NCBI GenBank assembly: GCA_050950825.1
Contig: JBMNIH010000007.1
Span: 160,001-224,000 of the forward strand
DNA length: 64,000 nt
Direction: 5' to 3'
Source: Clostridia bacterium
GTDB taxonomy: Bacteria; Bacillota; Clostridia; JAAYHZ01
Shown piece after piece: positions 1-10,262 of the stretch. The notes under the pieces were generated by a model. That model worked only from the letters and a program-made list of their open reading frames with translations. It ran no database searches and had not been told where the DNA came from. The stretch's first letter is position 1; the number at the start of each line of letters is the position of its first letter. A program made the position numbers and the translations under genes.

Positions 1-644
<644 letters not shown>

Positions 645-653
645 AAGGAATTG

Positions 654-702
654 AAAAAAGATACGGCATTCCAAAGAAGGTTTGCCGTATCTATTTGCTT
701 TT
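654..702. terminator. Probable bidirectional intrinsic terminator
   Basis: AGATACGGCA...TGCCGTATCT inverted repeat flanked by A and T runs between convergent genes. Confidence 0.7.
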
Positions 703-712
703 TCATGTTTTT

Positions 713-1711
713 TTATGCCTTTTTATTCTCCAAGGTCCAACGAATTTCCGTCCAATGCTTTACGCACAGATTGTCCTCCCGCTTGTAGAAGGTTTCCAAT
801 GTGTTGTTCTTTCTATCGAACAAAGAGCGTTCAATTATGGATTCTCCTTGCGCATTTTCTTTATAAGTTTCCGCTATGATGTATTCGGTTTCTTCGGGAG
901 GTACGATTTCTTTGGGCAGCTTCCCCGGAAGGTATTCTTCCTTCCGTAAGAGGGTACCGTCTTTTCCCATATACAAAAGGACGATTTCCGAAGGAGAGTA
1001 CATGGCGGCAACGGTTATAGTAACGGATGTATGGATTTCTTTTTTCCGCTTGTTTTCAATCACGGAAATCGTTTCTTCGCAGGTTTTCGTATAACGCGCC
1101 CCCTCTCCTTGGTCTGCGTCGATGTAAAAGCCGCTGCCCGAGATCAAATAGACGCTTCCGTCGGCCTTTTGGTAAACGGGATTGAAAAAGTAGGTATACC
1201 GATCTTGAGCCGTCGAAGAAACGTAAAGGGTTCCTTCCAAGATGACGGATTCTTTGTCATCGCTATCGTTAAAATGAACCTTCGAGTCGGCGATTCCTTC
1301 TCCGGAGCTTGCGTATCGGTAGCCCGGACCCTCCGGGCCTTCCGGAACACAGGCCGAGAAGAAGTTTATGCCTTGAAGACCCTCAAAAACATATTCTTTG
1401 GTTGTAAAGGTTGTTCCGGTAACCTCTTCGGTTAGAGTTTTTGTAGACAATACGGCATACAAACGGCCTTGGTAATCCTCGCTTTGGAGAGCCTTTCCCC
1501 AAAGGTTCTCCGGCTTATTGCTTGATAACATGTCATCGAAATACTTTTCATGATCGAAAAGGTCCAAGTATTCGTAAGTGATGAAAAAGCCGATGAACCG
1601 ATCTTGACCGTTGAGATCTCCGTCTTCTTGGGCAAGCCGGATGCAGCCGGTTAACGAGAGCAAGATGCCGAAAGCGGCAAAAACGGATAAAATTCTTCTT
1701 AATTTATTCAT
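713..1711 (-). CDS. Hypothetical lipoprotein
   Basis: Start MNKLRRILSVFAAFGILLSLTGC has a signal peptide and lipobox LTGC; GGAGG upstream; overlaps the HTH gene end. Confidence 0.75.
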   Translation of the reverse strand: MNKLRRILSVFAAFGILLSLTGCIRLAQEDGDLNGQDRFIGFFITYEYLDLFDHEKYFDDMLSSNKPENLWGKALQSEDYQGRLYAVLSTKTLTEEVTGTTFTTKEYVFEGLQGINFFSACVPEGPEGPGYRYASSGEGIADSKVHFNDSDDKESVILEGTLYVSSTAQDRYTYFFNPVYQKADGSVYLISGSGFYIDADQGEGARYTKTCEETISVIENKRKKEIHTSVTITVAAMYSPSEIVLLYMGKDGTLLRKEEYLPGKLPKEIVPPEETEYIIAETYKENAQGESIIERSLFDRKNNTLETFYKREDNLCVKHWTEIRWTLENKKA

Positions 1712-1940
1712 GGTCCTCCGTATCCTCCATATCCAAAATTCCGTCAAATTTTAAAATGTCTCCTACATCGCAGTTTAAGTAATAGCATATCTTGTTGATG
1801 GTACTAAACCTTATTCCTTTCGCTTTTCCGCTGCGCAAGATGGATAAATTGGCTTCCGTTATACCCACCAAAGCGCTTAGTTCCTTCGAGGTCATTCCGC
1901 GTGCTTTCAGCACTTCTTCAAGATAAACCTTAATCGCCAT
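1704..1940 (-). CDS. Cro/XRE-family HTH regulator (YozG-like)
   Basis: ELSALVGITEANLSILRSGKAKGIRFSTINKIC...CDVGDIL is the typical YozG-like pattern. Confidence 0.9.
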   Translation of the reverse strand: MAIKVYLEEVLKARGMTSKELSALVGITEANLSILRSGKAKGIRFSTINKICYYLNCDVGDILKFDGILDMEDTEDHE

Positions 1941-1953
1941 GTTTGCCTCCCGG

Positions 1954-2922
1954 TTATATAATCATGTCGTTATCTTCTTTTAACGCTTTGCTTTCTTTGA
2001 GAATCTCCGTTAAAAGCAGGATTGCCGACATGAAAACAACGGACACTATAGGAATTTTTACCGTACCGTGCAAAACTCTAAGTGACCGGAAGAACAAAAG
2101 CTGTAAAAGGTTAAACGCCATATAGGAAATGGCCGTAATCGTCAAAGCCCTTCGGCATGCCTTGGCAAGGCTTCCTGAAGCTTCCACCGCTCTTTCGGAG
2201 TACTTTCCCTCTTTCAACTCATTTATGAGATTTATAGCGAAAAAGATCACCGTGACGTTGAGCATATCGGGCAAGGCGTTAACGACATATTGCAAAACCA
2301 AAAAGAAATAGCTTAATCCCAAACCGCTTTCCGTCCCTTTGTTGCCTTCCCGAAGCGCTCTTATGTTTTCCAATAGGCCTCCGAATTGAAAGCCGAAGGC
2401 ATTAAGGACAAAAAGCGCACACAACAAATACAAAAGAATGTTTAAATACGTAAATAGCTTGCCTGTGTCTGCGGCAAAAAAGAGCCTGAGGACGCGAAGG
2501 ATGATGTACGTGAAAAGTACGGAATATATCATGCTTCCCAACAAAGCTTTTCCCATGCTTTCCCCGAAACCCAAATTCATCGGTGCTTTGATCAGTCCCG
2601 GATTGACCATATAGTAAAGGACAAAAAACAGCAACAGGCTTAACAGGACCAATAGATAATCTTCTCCCTTCGGCTTTCTTTTTTTAAGAGCAAAAAACAA
2701 ATATGCACCGGGTATCAGGCTTATCAGAACGTAAAGAACAAGAGCGAAAAAATTCCCTACGAATCCGGACAAGGAAAGAAACCTCAATCCTGCACCGATT
2801 TGCTCGAATGGAAACGCGATCATGGAAGAAAAAATCCACGGCAGGGATGCTTGTGCCAAGAATAAAACGATACAAAATACGGCTTCCGCGCCTAAGAATA
2901 AAACCAACCCTTTCCTTTTCAT
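1954..2922 (-). CDS. Polytopic membrane protein with DUF2975-like C-terminus
   Basis: Many hydrophobic segments; ends LKEDNDMII like DUF2975 proteins; adjacent to YozG-like gene; GGGAGG RBS before ATG at 2922. Confidence 0.7.
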   Translation of the reverse strand: MKRKGLVLFLGAEAVFCIVLFLAQASLPWIFSSMIAFPFEQIGAGLRFLSLSGFVGNFFALVLYVLISLIPGAYLFFALKKRKPKGEDYLLVLLSLLLFFVLYYMVNPGLIKAPMNLGFGESMGKALLGSMIYSVLFTYIILRVLRLFFAADTGKLFTYLNILLYLLCALFVLNAFGFQFGGLLENIRALREGNKGTESGLGLSYFFLVLQYVVNALPDMLNVTVIFFAINLINELKEGKYSERAVEASGSLAKACRRALTITAISYMAFNLLQLLFFRSLRVLHGTVKIPIVSVVFMSAILLLTEILKESKALKEDNDMII

Positions 2923-2933
2923 AAAACCTCCCG

Positions 2934-2996
2934 AATTATCGTAAAACAATAATTTTGTTATCAGTATATGCTCGAAATTATCGTTTGTCAATAATT
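2934..2996 (-). promoter_or_regulatory. SigA promoter with two operator-like palindromes
   Basis: Minus-strand TTGACA (2986-2991), 17 bp, TATACT (2963-2968); two copies of AATTATCG-N5-CAATAATT at 2934-2954 and 2976-2996. Confidence 0.75.
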
Positions 2997-3121
2997 TTTT
3001 TTAAAATTCGGAATCGCTTCATGTCTTTGTAAAGCCGGTAATTATGTAACCTTTCACAAGATTCCGTCATATATTAAACTGTGTTGCTTATTCTACATAA
3101 ATTTTGATGGAGGTGAAAACC

Positions 3122-3286
3122 GTGAAATACAAAGAATTACTGACCCAGTGCAAACAGAATCCGGGTTGGTTGGCGTCTAGCGAGCAAAAAGACAAGATTG
3201 CTCAAGCTAAATATATGGAATGGATGGACAAAATAGACAAAGAACATATTAAGAAAGCAACACAAAACAAGGATCGGAAAATTTGA
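3122..3286 (+). CDS. Small basic hypothetical protein (54 aa)
   Basis: Strong GGAGGTG RBS before GTG at 3122; sits in an otherwise empty intergenic space. Confidence 0.55.
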   Translation: MKYKELLTQCKQNPGWLASSEQKDKIAQAKYMEWMDKIDKEHIKKATQNKDRKI

Positions 3287-3347
3287 ACGGCTCTGCTCCT
3301 TGATTCTTTTTGAAAAAAACCGTTTACACGGTTTTTTTCTTTGGAAT

Positions 3348-3378
3348 AAAAAATATCCGTACCTTACGTACGGATATT
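3348..3378 (-). terminator. Terminator of tRNA-Gly pair
   Basis: ATATCCGTAC...GTACGGATAT stem followed by a T run on the minus strand. Confidence 0.7.
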
Positions 3379-3451
3379 GGAGCGGGTGAAGGGAATCGAA
3401 CCCTCGCAATCAGCTTGGAAGGCTGATGTTCTACCATTGAACTACACCCGC
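3378..3451 (-). tRNA. tRNA-Gly(TCC)
   Basis: Reverse complement GCGGGTGTAGTTCAATGGTAGAAC...TTCCAA...GGTTCGATTCC...CCCGCTCCA; cloverleaf with encoded CCA. Confidence 0.97.
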
Positions 3452-3454
3452 AGG

Positions 3455-3529
3455 TGGAGCGGGTTACGAGATTCGAACTCGCGACTTTCACCTTGGCAAG
3501 GTGACACTCTACCGCTGAGTTAAACCCGC
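3455..3529 (-). tRNA. tRNA-Gly(GCC)
   Basis: Reverse complement GCGGGTTTAACTCAGCGGTAGAG...TTGCCAA...GTTCGAATC...CCCGCTCCA. Confidence 0.97.
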
Positions 3530-3539
3530 GTGCTTTGTC

Positions 3540-3568
3540 ATTATAAAATACGAAATTCTTCTTGTCAA
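3540..3568 (-). promoter_or_regulatory. Consensus SigA promoter for tRNA-Gly pair
   Basis: TTGACA-17 bp-TATAAT on the minus strand. Confidence 0.85.
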
Positions 3569-3694
3569 CGGGAAATTTTCGATTCTTTTTTGAAAAGGCT
3601 AGCCGTGGGAATAAATCATTCGTATAATTTGAATGTTCATAGTATAATATGTATAAGGAAGTATGTAAATGATTCCGGGAGGATGAGACGAAAG

Positions 3695-4627
3695 ATGATG
3701 GTAGCGGATAAGATGGAGCTGTGTCTGAAAGAAATACGGGAAATCGTAGGGGAATCGAACGTAGAAACCCATGTACCCTTGAAGCAATACACTTCTTTTC
3801 GAATCGGGGGACCTGCGGACATAATGGCCTTTCCGTCGGATATTGAATCCTTGACGCGATTAATACAATATCTTTCCCGAAATCAAATCAACCGGCTGCT
3901 ATTGGGCAACGGAACCAATCTGCTGGTTTCCGACAAAGGGTTCCGAGGAGTGGTAATCCACACCGGCAAGCACTTAAAATCCATTGCGGTAAAAGAGGAA
4001 GAGAACCGAATATACGCCCAATGCGGTGCGTCCTTGGCCGCCGTTTCGGCTGCCGCTTTAAAACACGGCTTAAGAGGATTGGAGTTTGCCTCCGGAATTC
4101 CCGGAACAATGGGAGGAGCTCTTTTTATGAATGCCGGAGCCTACGGGTCCACCATGAGCGACGTAGTGGAATCGACGATCGCTTTGGATGAACAAGGAGG
4201 TCTGTGTACCATTCGAAAAGAGGAGCATGATTTCGGCTATCGTAACAGCTGTTTTCGGAAAAAATGTCTGTTTGTTTTGGAAACCGAATTAAAGCTTGAG
4301 CCTGGCAATTATAACGAAATAAGAGACAAAATGAACGAATTGAATATGAAAAGAAAAACATGCCAGCCCCTGGAATACCCGTCGGCAGGCAGCGTTTTTA
4401 AAAGACCGGAAGGATGCTTTGCGGGAAATTTGATCGAAGATTCGGGATTAAAGGGATATACTATCGGCGGTGCGTGCGTCAGCGAAAAACATGCCGGCTT
4501 TATTATCAATAAGGGATCGGCTACGGCGGACGATGTCAATCGGTTAATCAATCATATCATATCGGTAGTATACGACCGATTCCATGTGACATTGGAGCCG
4601 GAAATCATACGGATCGGGGAGTTTTAA
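3695..4627 (+). CDS. murB: UDP-N-acetylmuramate dehydrogenase
   Basis: TSFRIGGPAD, LLGNGTNLLVSDKG, GIPGTMGGALFMNAGAYG, PSAGSVFKRP, SEKHAGFIIN; start chosen near GGAGG RBS. Confidence 0.95.
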   Translation: MMVADKMELCLKEIREIVGESNVETHVPLKQYTSFRIGGPADIMAFPSDIESLTRLIQYLSRNQINRLLLGNGTNLLVSDKGFRGVVIHTGKHLKSIAVKEEENRIYAQCGASLAAVSAAALKHGLRGLEFASGIPGTMGGALFMNAGAYGSTMSDVVESTIALDEQGGLCTIRKEEHDFGYRNSCFRKKCLFVLETELKLEPGNYNEIRDKMNELNMKRKTCQPLEYPSAGSVFKRPEGCFAGNLIEDSGLKGYTIGGACVSEKHAGFIINKGSATADDVNRLINHIISVVYDRFHVTLEPEIIRIGEF

Positions 4628-4631
4628 TATT

Positions 4632-5498
4632 ATGGAAGGCAAAACAAGGTTGATTATCATTACGGGTATGTCCGGAGCGGGCAAATCCACCGCCGCCAAT
4701 TACTTTGAAGACAAAGGATTTTTCTGTGTGGACAATTTGCCTTTGTTCTTGCTGCCCAAAATCGCCACATTAGGCTCCAACGGAAAGGGCGGATATGCCG
4801 ATACCACCGTTGTGGTGGATATACGGGAAAGGGACCTTTTAAAGGATCTTCCTTCCGTATTGGACGAAATGAAGCAAAACGACATCGACTATGAAATTCT
4901 TTTTCTGGATGCCGACGACAATACCATTATTCGACGGTATAAAGAAACGAGAAGGTCTCATCCTTTGGGAAAAGACTATAGTCTTCCGGACGCCATCGCT
5001 AAAGAAAGAGAGATCTTAGCGGACATTAAAGCCAGAGCCGATTACGTTATCGACAACTCCAATATGCTTACAAGAGAGTTTCTGCAGGAGCTGGATAATA
5101 TTATCTTGAAAAGGCAATACACCGGTCTGGTGATCAATATCATATCCTTCGGCTACAAATACGGAATCCCGGTAGAAAGCGACTTGGTTTTTGACGTACG
5201 CTTTTTACCGAATCCCTATTACGTGCCCTCCTTGAAGCATTTGACGGGAAAAAGCCAAGCGGTGAAAAATTTCATTTTCCGCCATGACGACACAAAAATT
5301 TTTTTGGACAAGCTTACGGAGATGCTTTTGTTTTTAATACCGCGATATATAAAGGAAGGAAAACAGCACTTGGTTATCGGTATCGGATGCACCGGAGGGC
5401 GGCATCGGTCCGTAGCGATTGCCAACGAGGTCGCCGCCTGCTTGAAAAAAGAAGGCTATTCCGTTGTTTGCAGGCACCGGGATGTTCAGGGTAAATAG
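4632..5498 (+). CDS. rapZ: RNase adapter / P-loop protein RapZ (YvcJ)
   Basis: ITGMSGAGKS, CVDNLP, SFGYKYGIP, DVRFLPNPYY, IGCTGGRHRSV. Confidence 0.93.
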   Translation: MEGKTRLIIITGMSGAGKSTAANYFEDKGFFCVDNLPLFLLPKIATLGSNGKGGYADTTVVVDIRERDLLKDLPSVLDEMKQNDIDYEILFLDADDNTIIRRYKETRRSHPLGKDYSLPDAIAKEREILADIKARADYVIDNSNMLTREFLQELDNIILKRQYTGLVINIISFGYKYGIPVESDLVFDVRFLPNPYYVPSLKHLTGKSQAVKNFIFRHDDTKIFLDKLTEMLLFLIPRYIKEGKQHLVIGIGCTGGRHRSVAIANEVAACLKKEGYSVVCRHRDVQGK

Positions 5499-5576
5499 CA
5501 TACGATACATACGTATGATATATATAGTAGAAAAACGGTAGAAAAGAATCAAAAAGAAAGAATTTGAAAGGTTGAT

Positions 5577-6734
5577 ATGAAGGAAATAACATTAACCGCA
5601 ACGTGTATATTCGGCGTGGAATCCATTTTGGCAAGAGAAATTCGGGATTTGGGATACCCGGAGGTTGAAACGAAGGACGGCAGGGTATCCTTTTCTTGTA
5701 ATTATTCGGACATACCGAAAGCCAACATCCGATTGCGGGTTGCCGAACGGGTTTTGCTGAAGGTTGCCGAATTTCCGGCGGAAACCTTTGACGAGCTGTA
5801 TGATCGGATCAAAGGAATCGATTGGGATATGTATTTATCGAAGGAAGCTTCTTTTCCTGTAGACGTAACCAGCATCAACTCTCGCTTGTTCGGTATATCC
5901 GCCTGCCAATCCATTGTAAAAAAAGCCATCGTGGACAAGCTTCGGTCCAAATACAAAATGGAAGTTTTCCCGGAAAGCGGACCCTGCTACAAGGTATCGG
6001 TGGCCTTGTTGAATAATTTGGCCGCCGTATATATCGATACCTCCGGAGTCGGGCTTCACAAAAGAGGCTACCGAACTTTGACGGGCGCCGCCCCCTTGAA
6101 AGAAACCTTGGCGGCGGCAATGATTATGATCAGCCGGTGGAAAAAGGACAGGGTTTTGCTTGACCCTTTGTGCGGAACCGGAACCATCCCCATTGAAGCG
6201 GCTCTTATCGGAAAAAACATCGCTCCCGGATTAGGGAGAAGCTTTGTTTCGGAAGGGTGGCTTCAAATCGCCGAAAAGGATTGGGTACATGCTCGGGAAG
6301 AAGCCCGGGATTTGATCGATAGATCCGTAAAGCTCAATATTCAAGGAACGGATATCGACGATAAGGCCTTGGACATGGCAAGGTATCATTCGCGGATGGC
6401 CGGTACCGAAGGGGATATTCATTTCCAAAGAAGAGACGTAAGAGAAATCTCATCATCCAAGCAGTACGGGTTCATTATATGCAATCCTCCCTACGGAGAA
6501 AGGATCGGAGATAAACGGGAGGTGGAAAAGCTCTACGAAGATATGGGAAAAGTCTTCGAGAAATTCCCGACGTGGTCCAAATATATTTTGACTCCTCATA
6601 AGGAATTTGAGAGGCTTTACGGGAAAAAGGCGGATAAAAGAAGAAAGCTGTACAACGGCATGATCAGCTGTACGTATTACCAATATTTCGGAACAAAGCC
6701 CCCGAAACGACAAAATTTCGAGACGGAAAATTAA
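5577..6734 (+). CDS. THUMP-domain class I SAM RNA methyltransferase (RlmL/YpsC-like)
   Basis: DTSGVGLHKRGYR, APLKETLAAAM, DPLCGTGTIPIEAA, NPPYGER. Confidence 0.9.
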   Translation: MKEITLTATCIFGVESILAREIRDLGYPEVETKDGRVSFSCNYSDIPKANIRLRVAERVLLKVAEFPAETFDELYDRIKGIDWDMYLSKEASFPVDVTSINSRLFGISACQSIVKKAIVDKLRSKYKMEVFPESGPCYKVSVALLNNLAAVYIDTSGVGLHKRGYRTLTGAAPLKETLAAAMIMISRWKKDRVLLDPLCGTGTIPIEAALIGKNIAPGLGRSFVSEGWLQIAEKDWVHAREEARDLIDRSVKLNIQGTDIDDKALDMARYHSRMAGTEGDIHFQRRDVREISSSKQYGFIICNPPYGERIGDKREVEKLYEDMGKVFEKFPTWSKYILTPHKEFERLYGKKADKRRKLYNGMISCTYYQYFGTKPPKRQNFETEN

Positions 6735-6753
6735 AAAAAGTTAAAAAAAGTTC

Positions 6754-6782
6754 TTGCATTGCAAAGAGTGTTGTAGTAGAAT
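6754..6782 (+). promoter_or_regulatory. SigA promoter of S10 operon
   Basis: TTGCAT-17 bp-TAGAAT with A-tract UP element. Confidence 0.75.
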
Positions 6783-6789
6783 ACTACAT

Positions 6790-6965
6790 GCTGTGATGAG
6801 ACATACGATGATTTGGGAGATTGCTACTCTTTGAAGTAGGGAACTTCCAAGGAGAATGTCCGATTCTAGAAACCGGGCGCCTAGTCACTGTGCAATTATA
6901 TGCGGTATGATTATTGAAACGATGGCCCAGGTGAGGTATATCCATTTTTCCCTGGGTTTTTAAAT
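6790..6965 (+). promoter_or_regulatory. Putative S10 operon leader RNA (S10-Clostridia r-leader-like) with terminator-like hairpin
   Basis: About 250-nt 5' UTR; TTGGGAG...CTTCCAA stem enclosing CTAC/GTAG; CCCAGG...CCTGGG followed by a T run. Confidence 0.5.
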
Positions 6966-7041
6966 TGCCTGATATGATACACCCGGTAGAGTGTAAAGAC
7001 TAAGATACGAGATGAAGATAGGAGAACAAGGAGGCAAAGCA

Positions 7042-7351
7042 ATGGAACAAAAAATCAGAATCAGATTAAAAGCATTTGATCACAATTTGCTTGACCAGTC
7101 TGCTGAGAAAATTGTTGAAACCGCGAAAAGAACGGGAGCGAACATATCCGGACCGGTACCCGCTACCCACAAAAAAGGAAGTTATCACGATTTTGAGAGC
7201 ACCTCATAAGTATAAGGATGCTCGCGAGCAATTTGAAATGAGAACGCACAAAAGGTTGATCGACATCTTAAAGCCGACTCCGAAATCAATCGACGCTTTA
7301 ATGAGATTGGATCTGCCTGCCGGTGTGGACATTGAAATCAAGCTGATATAG
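7042..7351 (+). CDS. rpsJ: 30S ribosomal protein S10 (apparent 1-bp insertion near 7160, probably an assembly error)
   Basis: [14 protein letters not shown]...SGPVP in one frame, [15 protein letters not shown]...GVDIEIKL in the next; extra C in GTACCCGCTA. Confidence 0.93.
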
Positions 7352-7415
7352 CTTAAAATAAAAAGGTTACGTTCATTGATTGCGAATGAACCTCTGACCT
7401 AAGGGAGGTAAAAAG

Positions 7416-8048
7416 GTGAGCAAATATATTCTAGGTAAAAAAGTTGGAATGACCCAAGTTTTTGATGAATCGGGATTGTTAATCCCCGTAACGGTCTTAC
7501 AAGCAGGACCGTGCACCGTTGTTGATGTTAAAACCAAGGAAAAAGACGGTTATTCTGCATTAGGAATTGCCTATGAAGATGTAAAAGAAAAAAGGCTGAA
7601 CAAGCCCCTTCTCGGTTTTTACAAGAAAATCGGCGTGTCTCCGAAAAAGTACTTGAGAGAATGGAGAACGGAAAATACGGAAGGTTATGAAATTGGCAAG
7701 GAAATCAAATGTGCCGATATGTTCCAACCGGGTGACAAGGTAGACGTTACCGGAACATCAAAAGGTAAAGGATACCAAGGCGTTATTAAAAGACACGGGT
7801 TCAGCCGAGGAAGAGAATCCCACGGCTCGAAGTTCCACAGAGCGCCGGGAGCCCTGAGTGCGCACTCTGATCCGGGTAAAGTTTTCAAGCTGAGAAAGCT
7901 GCCGGGACAAATGGGGAACGTACAAGTAACGGTGAAGAATTTGAAAGTTGTCAAGGCCGATAATGAGCACAACATTTTACTCGTTAAAGGCGCCGTACCC
8001 GGACCTAAAGGCGGTTTGTTGATTATCAAAGAAACAACCAAGTCTTAA
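7416..8048 (+). CDS. rplC: 50S ribosomal protein L3
   Basis: GKKVGMTQVF, GTSKGKGYQGVIKRH; synteny. Confidence 0.97.
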   Translation: MSKYILGKKVGMTQVFDESGLLIPVTVLQAGPCTVVDVKTKEKDGYSALGIAYEDVKEKRLNKPLLGFYKKIGVSPKKYLREWRTENTEGYEIGKEIKCADMFQPGDKVDVTGTSKGKGYQGVIKRHGFSRGRESHGSKFHRAPGALSAHSDPGKVFKLRKLPGQMGNVQVTVKNLKVVKADNEHNILLVKGAVPGPKGGLLIIKETTKS

Positions 8049-8069
8049 CAAAGGAAAGGAGGAAAGAGA

Positions 8070-8693
8070 ATGCCTAAAGTAGACGTATATGATATGACCG
8101 GCAGCGTTGTTGGCGAATACGATTTGAAGGACGAGATATTCGGAGTGGAAGTCAATGAATACGCGATACACCAAGTCGTTTTGAATCAGTTGGCCAACAA
8201 GAGACAAGGTACCCAGTCCACCAAAACCGTTAGCGAAGTACGCGGCGGTGGAAGGAAGCCTTGGAGACAAAAAGGAACAGGACGTGCAAGACAGGGTAGC
8301 ATTCGTTCCGCACAATGGGTAGGCGGCGGTGTTGCATTAGGCCCGAAGCCCAGAAGTTACAAATATACTCTGCCTAAGAAGCTGAAGAGATTGGCTTTAA
8401 AATCCGCTTTATCCGGTAAAGTAGCGGATAACGAACTTATTTTAATCGACCAATTGACGTTAGATGAAATTAAAACCAAACACATGGTTGAAATCTTAAA
8501 GAATTTAAACATTAATGAGAAGGTGCTTGTTGTCATCGATCAGCCGGACGAAAAGATTCAAAAATCGATTCGCAACATTCCGGATACCAAGATTGCTTTT
8601 GTAAATACCATTAACGTATACGACATTTTGAAATATGAAAAATTCTTGGTAACAAAAGCTGCCGTCTCTAAAATCGAGGAGGTGTACGCATAG
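8070..8693 (+). CDS. rplD: 50S ribosomal protein L4
   Basis: [15 protein letters not shown]. Confidence 0.97.
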   Translation: MPKVDVYDMTGSVVGEYDLKDEIFGVEVNEYAIHQVVLNQLANKRQGTQSTKTVSEVRGGGRKPWRQKGTGRARQGSIRSAQWVGGGVALGPKPRSYKYTLPKKLKRLALKSALSGKVADNELILIDQLTLDEIKTKHMVEILKNLNINEKVLVVIDQPDEKIQKSIRNIPDTKIAFVNTINVYDILKYEKFLVTKAAVSKIEEVYA

Positions 8694-9046
8694 TGAAAAC
8701 CGCGGAAGATATTATCATCAGCCCGTATATAACCGAAAAAAGCAATGATGACGTTGCGGAAGGTAAGTACACGTTCATCGTAGATAAGAAAGCGACGAAA
8801 GTCGAAATCAGACAGGCGGTAGAAAAGCTGTTTTCCGTTAAAGTATTGAAAGTGTATACGATGAACTACCGTGGAAAGAAAAAGAGAAGAGGTGCTATAG
8901 AAGGACGCACTTCTCATTGGAAGAAAGCAATTGTGAAAATTGATACCGAAGCCAAACCCGAAATTTACTTGACCGAGGGTGGTAAGGAAGTCGTAAGCAA
9001 TCGTAAATACAAGACCGAGATCGAAGATTTCGGATTCAGCAACTAA
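8693..9046 (+). CDS. rplW: 50S ribosomal protein L23 (C-terminally extended)
   Basis: PYITEKS, YTFIV, WKKAIVK; synteny. Confidence 0.95.
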   Translation: MKTAEDIIISPYITEKSNDDVAEGKYTFIVDKKATKVEIRQAVEKLFSVKVLKVYTMNYRGKKKRRGAIEGRTSHWKKAIVKIDTEAKPEIYLTEGGKEVVSNRKYKTEIEDFGFSN

Positions 9047-9092
9047 AACAAAGTATGAAGTAGTGTTCACGTTTGGATAAGGAGTGAAACAA

Positions 9093-9923
9093 ATGGCAAT
9101 AAAAACATACAAACCTACAACTCCCGGGAGAAGAGGGATGACAGGTAACGCCTTTGCAGAAATTACGAAAAAAGAACCCGAAAAATCCCTTCTTGCCCCG
9201 TTAAAGAAAACCGGCGGTAGAAATGCAAACGGTAGAATAACGGTTCGCCATCAGGGTGGAGGAGTTAGAAGAAAATATAGAGTAATTGATTTTAAGAGAG
9301 ACAAGGACCATATTCCGGCAACGGTTAAAGCAATAGAGTACGATCCGAATCGCTCGGCATTTATCGCTTTGTTGTACTACGCAGACGGTGAAAAAAGATA
9401 TATTGTTGCTCCCGACGGATTGAAGGTAGGAGATACGGTTCTTTCCGGAGAAGGCATTGATATTCGCGTCGGCAACTGTTTACCTCTTTCCGATATGCCT
9501 GTCGGTTCCATTATTCATAACATCGAATTGAAGCCGGGTAAAGGCGGACAAATCGCAAGATCGGCCGGAAATGCCGCTCAATTAATGGCAAAGGAAGACA
9601 AATACGCACAGGTTCGTCTGCCGTCCGGTGAAGTGAGAAGACTGCCCATTAATTGCAGAGCGACCATTGGTACGGTAGGTAACATCGAGCATGAAAACAT
9701 TACCATCGGTAAAGCAGGTAGAAAACGTTGGATGGGCATCCGACCCACCGTTCGCGGTAGCGCTATGAACCCTGTTGACCATCCTCATGGAGGAGGAGAA
9801 GGCAGATCTCCTATCGGAATGCCCGGACCGGTTACGCCGTGGGGTAAGCCGACTCTTGGATACAAGACTCGTAACAAACAAAAGAGCTCTGATAAGTATA
9901 TCGTGAAGAGACGTAAAGGTTGA
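9093..9923 (+). CDS. rplB: 50S ribosomal protein L2
   Basis: [25 protein letters not shown]. Confidence 0.98.
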   Translation: MAIKTYKPTTPGRRGMTGNAFAEITKKEPEKSLLAPLKKTGGRNANGRITVRHQGGGVRRKYRVIDFKRDKDHIPATVKAIEYDPNRSAFIALLYYADGEKRYIVAPDGLKVGDTVLSGEGIDIRVGNCLPLSDMPVGSIIHNIELKPGKGGQIARSAGNAAQLMAKEDKYAQVRLPSGEVRRLPINCRATIGTVGNIEHENITIGKAGRKRWMGIRPTVRGSAMNPVDHPHGGGEGRSPIGMPGPVTPWGKPTLGYKTRNKQKSSDKYIVKRRKG

Positions 9924-9944
9924 TACTTGAAAGGAGGATGACGA

Positions 9945-10220
9945 ATGAGCAGGTCGTTAAAAAAAGGACCGTATATAATGCCCAAACTGTTGAAGAAGAT
10001 TGAAGAAATGAATGCCAAGAACGAGAAGAGAGTAATCAAAACTTGGTCGAGGGCATCTACGATTTTCCCGCAGATGGTCGGTCATACTATAGCCGTACAC
10101 GATGGTAAGAAACACGTTCCTATTTATATAACAGAGGAAATGGTAGGCCATAAGTTAGGCGAATTTGCTCCTACCAGGACTTTCAGAGGTCACGCTAAAG
10201 GTGAAAAGACCAGCGGCTAA
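9945..10220 (+). CDS. rpsS: 30S ribosomal protein S19
   Basis: [20 protein letters not shown]. Confidence 0.98.
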   Translation: MSRSLKKGPYIMPKLLKKIEEMNAKNEKRVIKTWSRASTIFPQMVGHTIAVHDGKKHVPIYITEEMVGHKLGEFAPTRTFRGHAKGEKTSG

Positions 10221-10262
10221 GTAGAGTACAAGAAATCCTGAGACCTAAAGGAGGTATTGAAT

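Noticed and set aside
7159-7161. Programmed frameshifting in rpsJ
   Set aside because: No slippery motif or precedent; an assembly indel is far more likely
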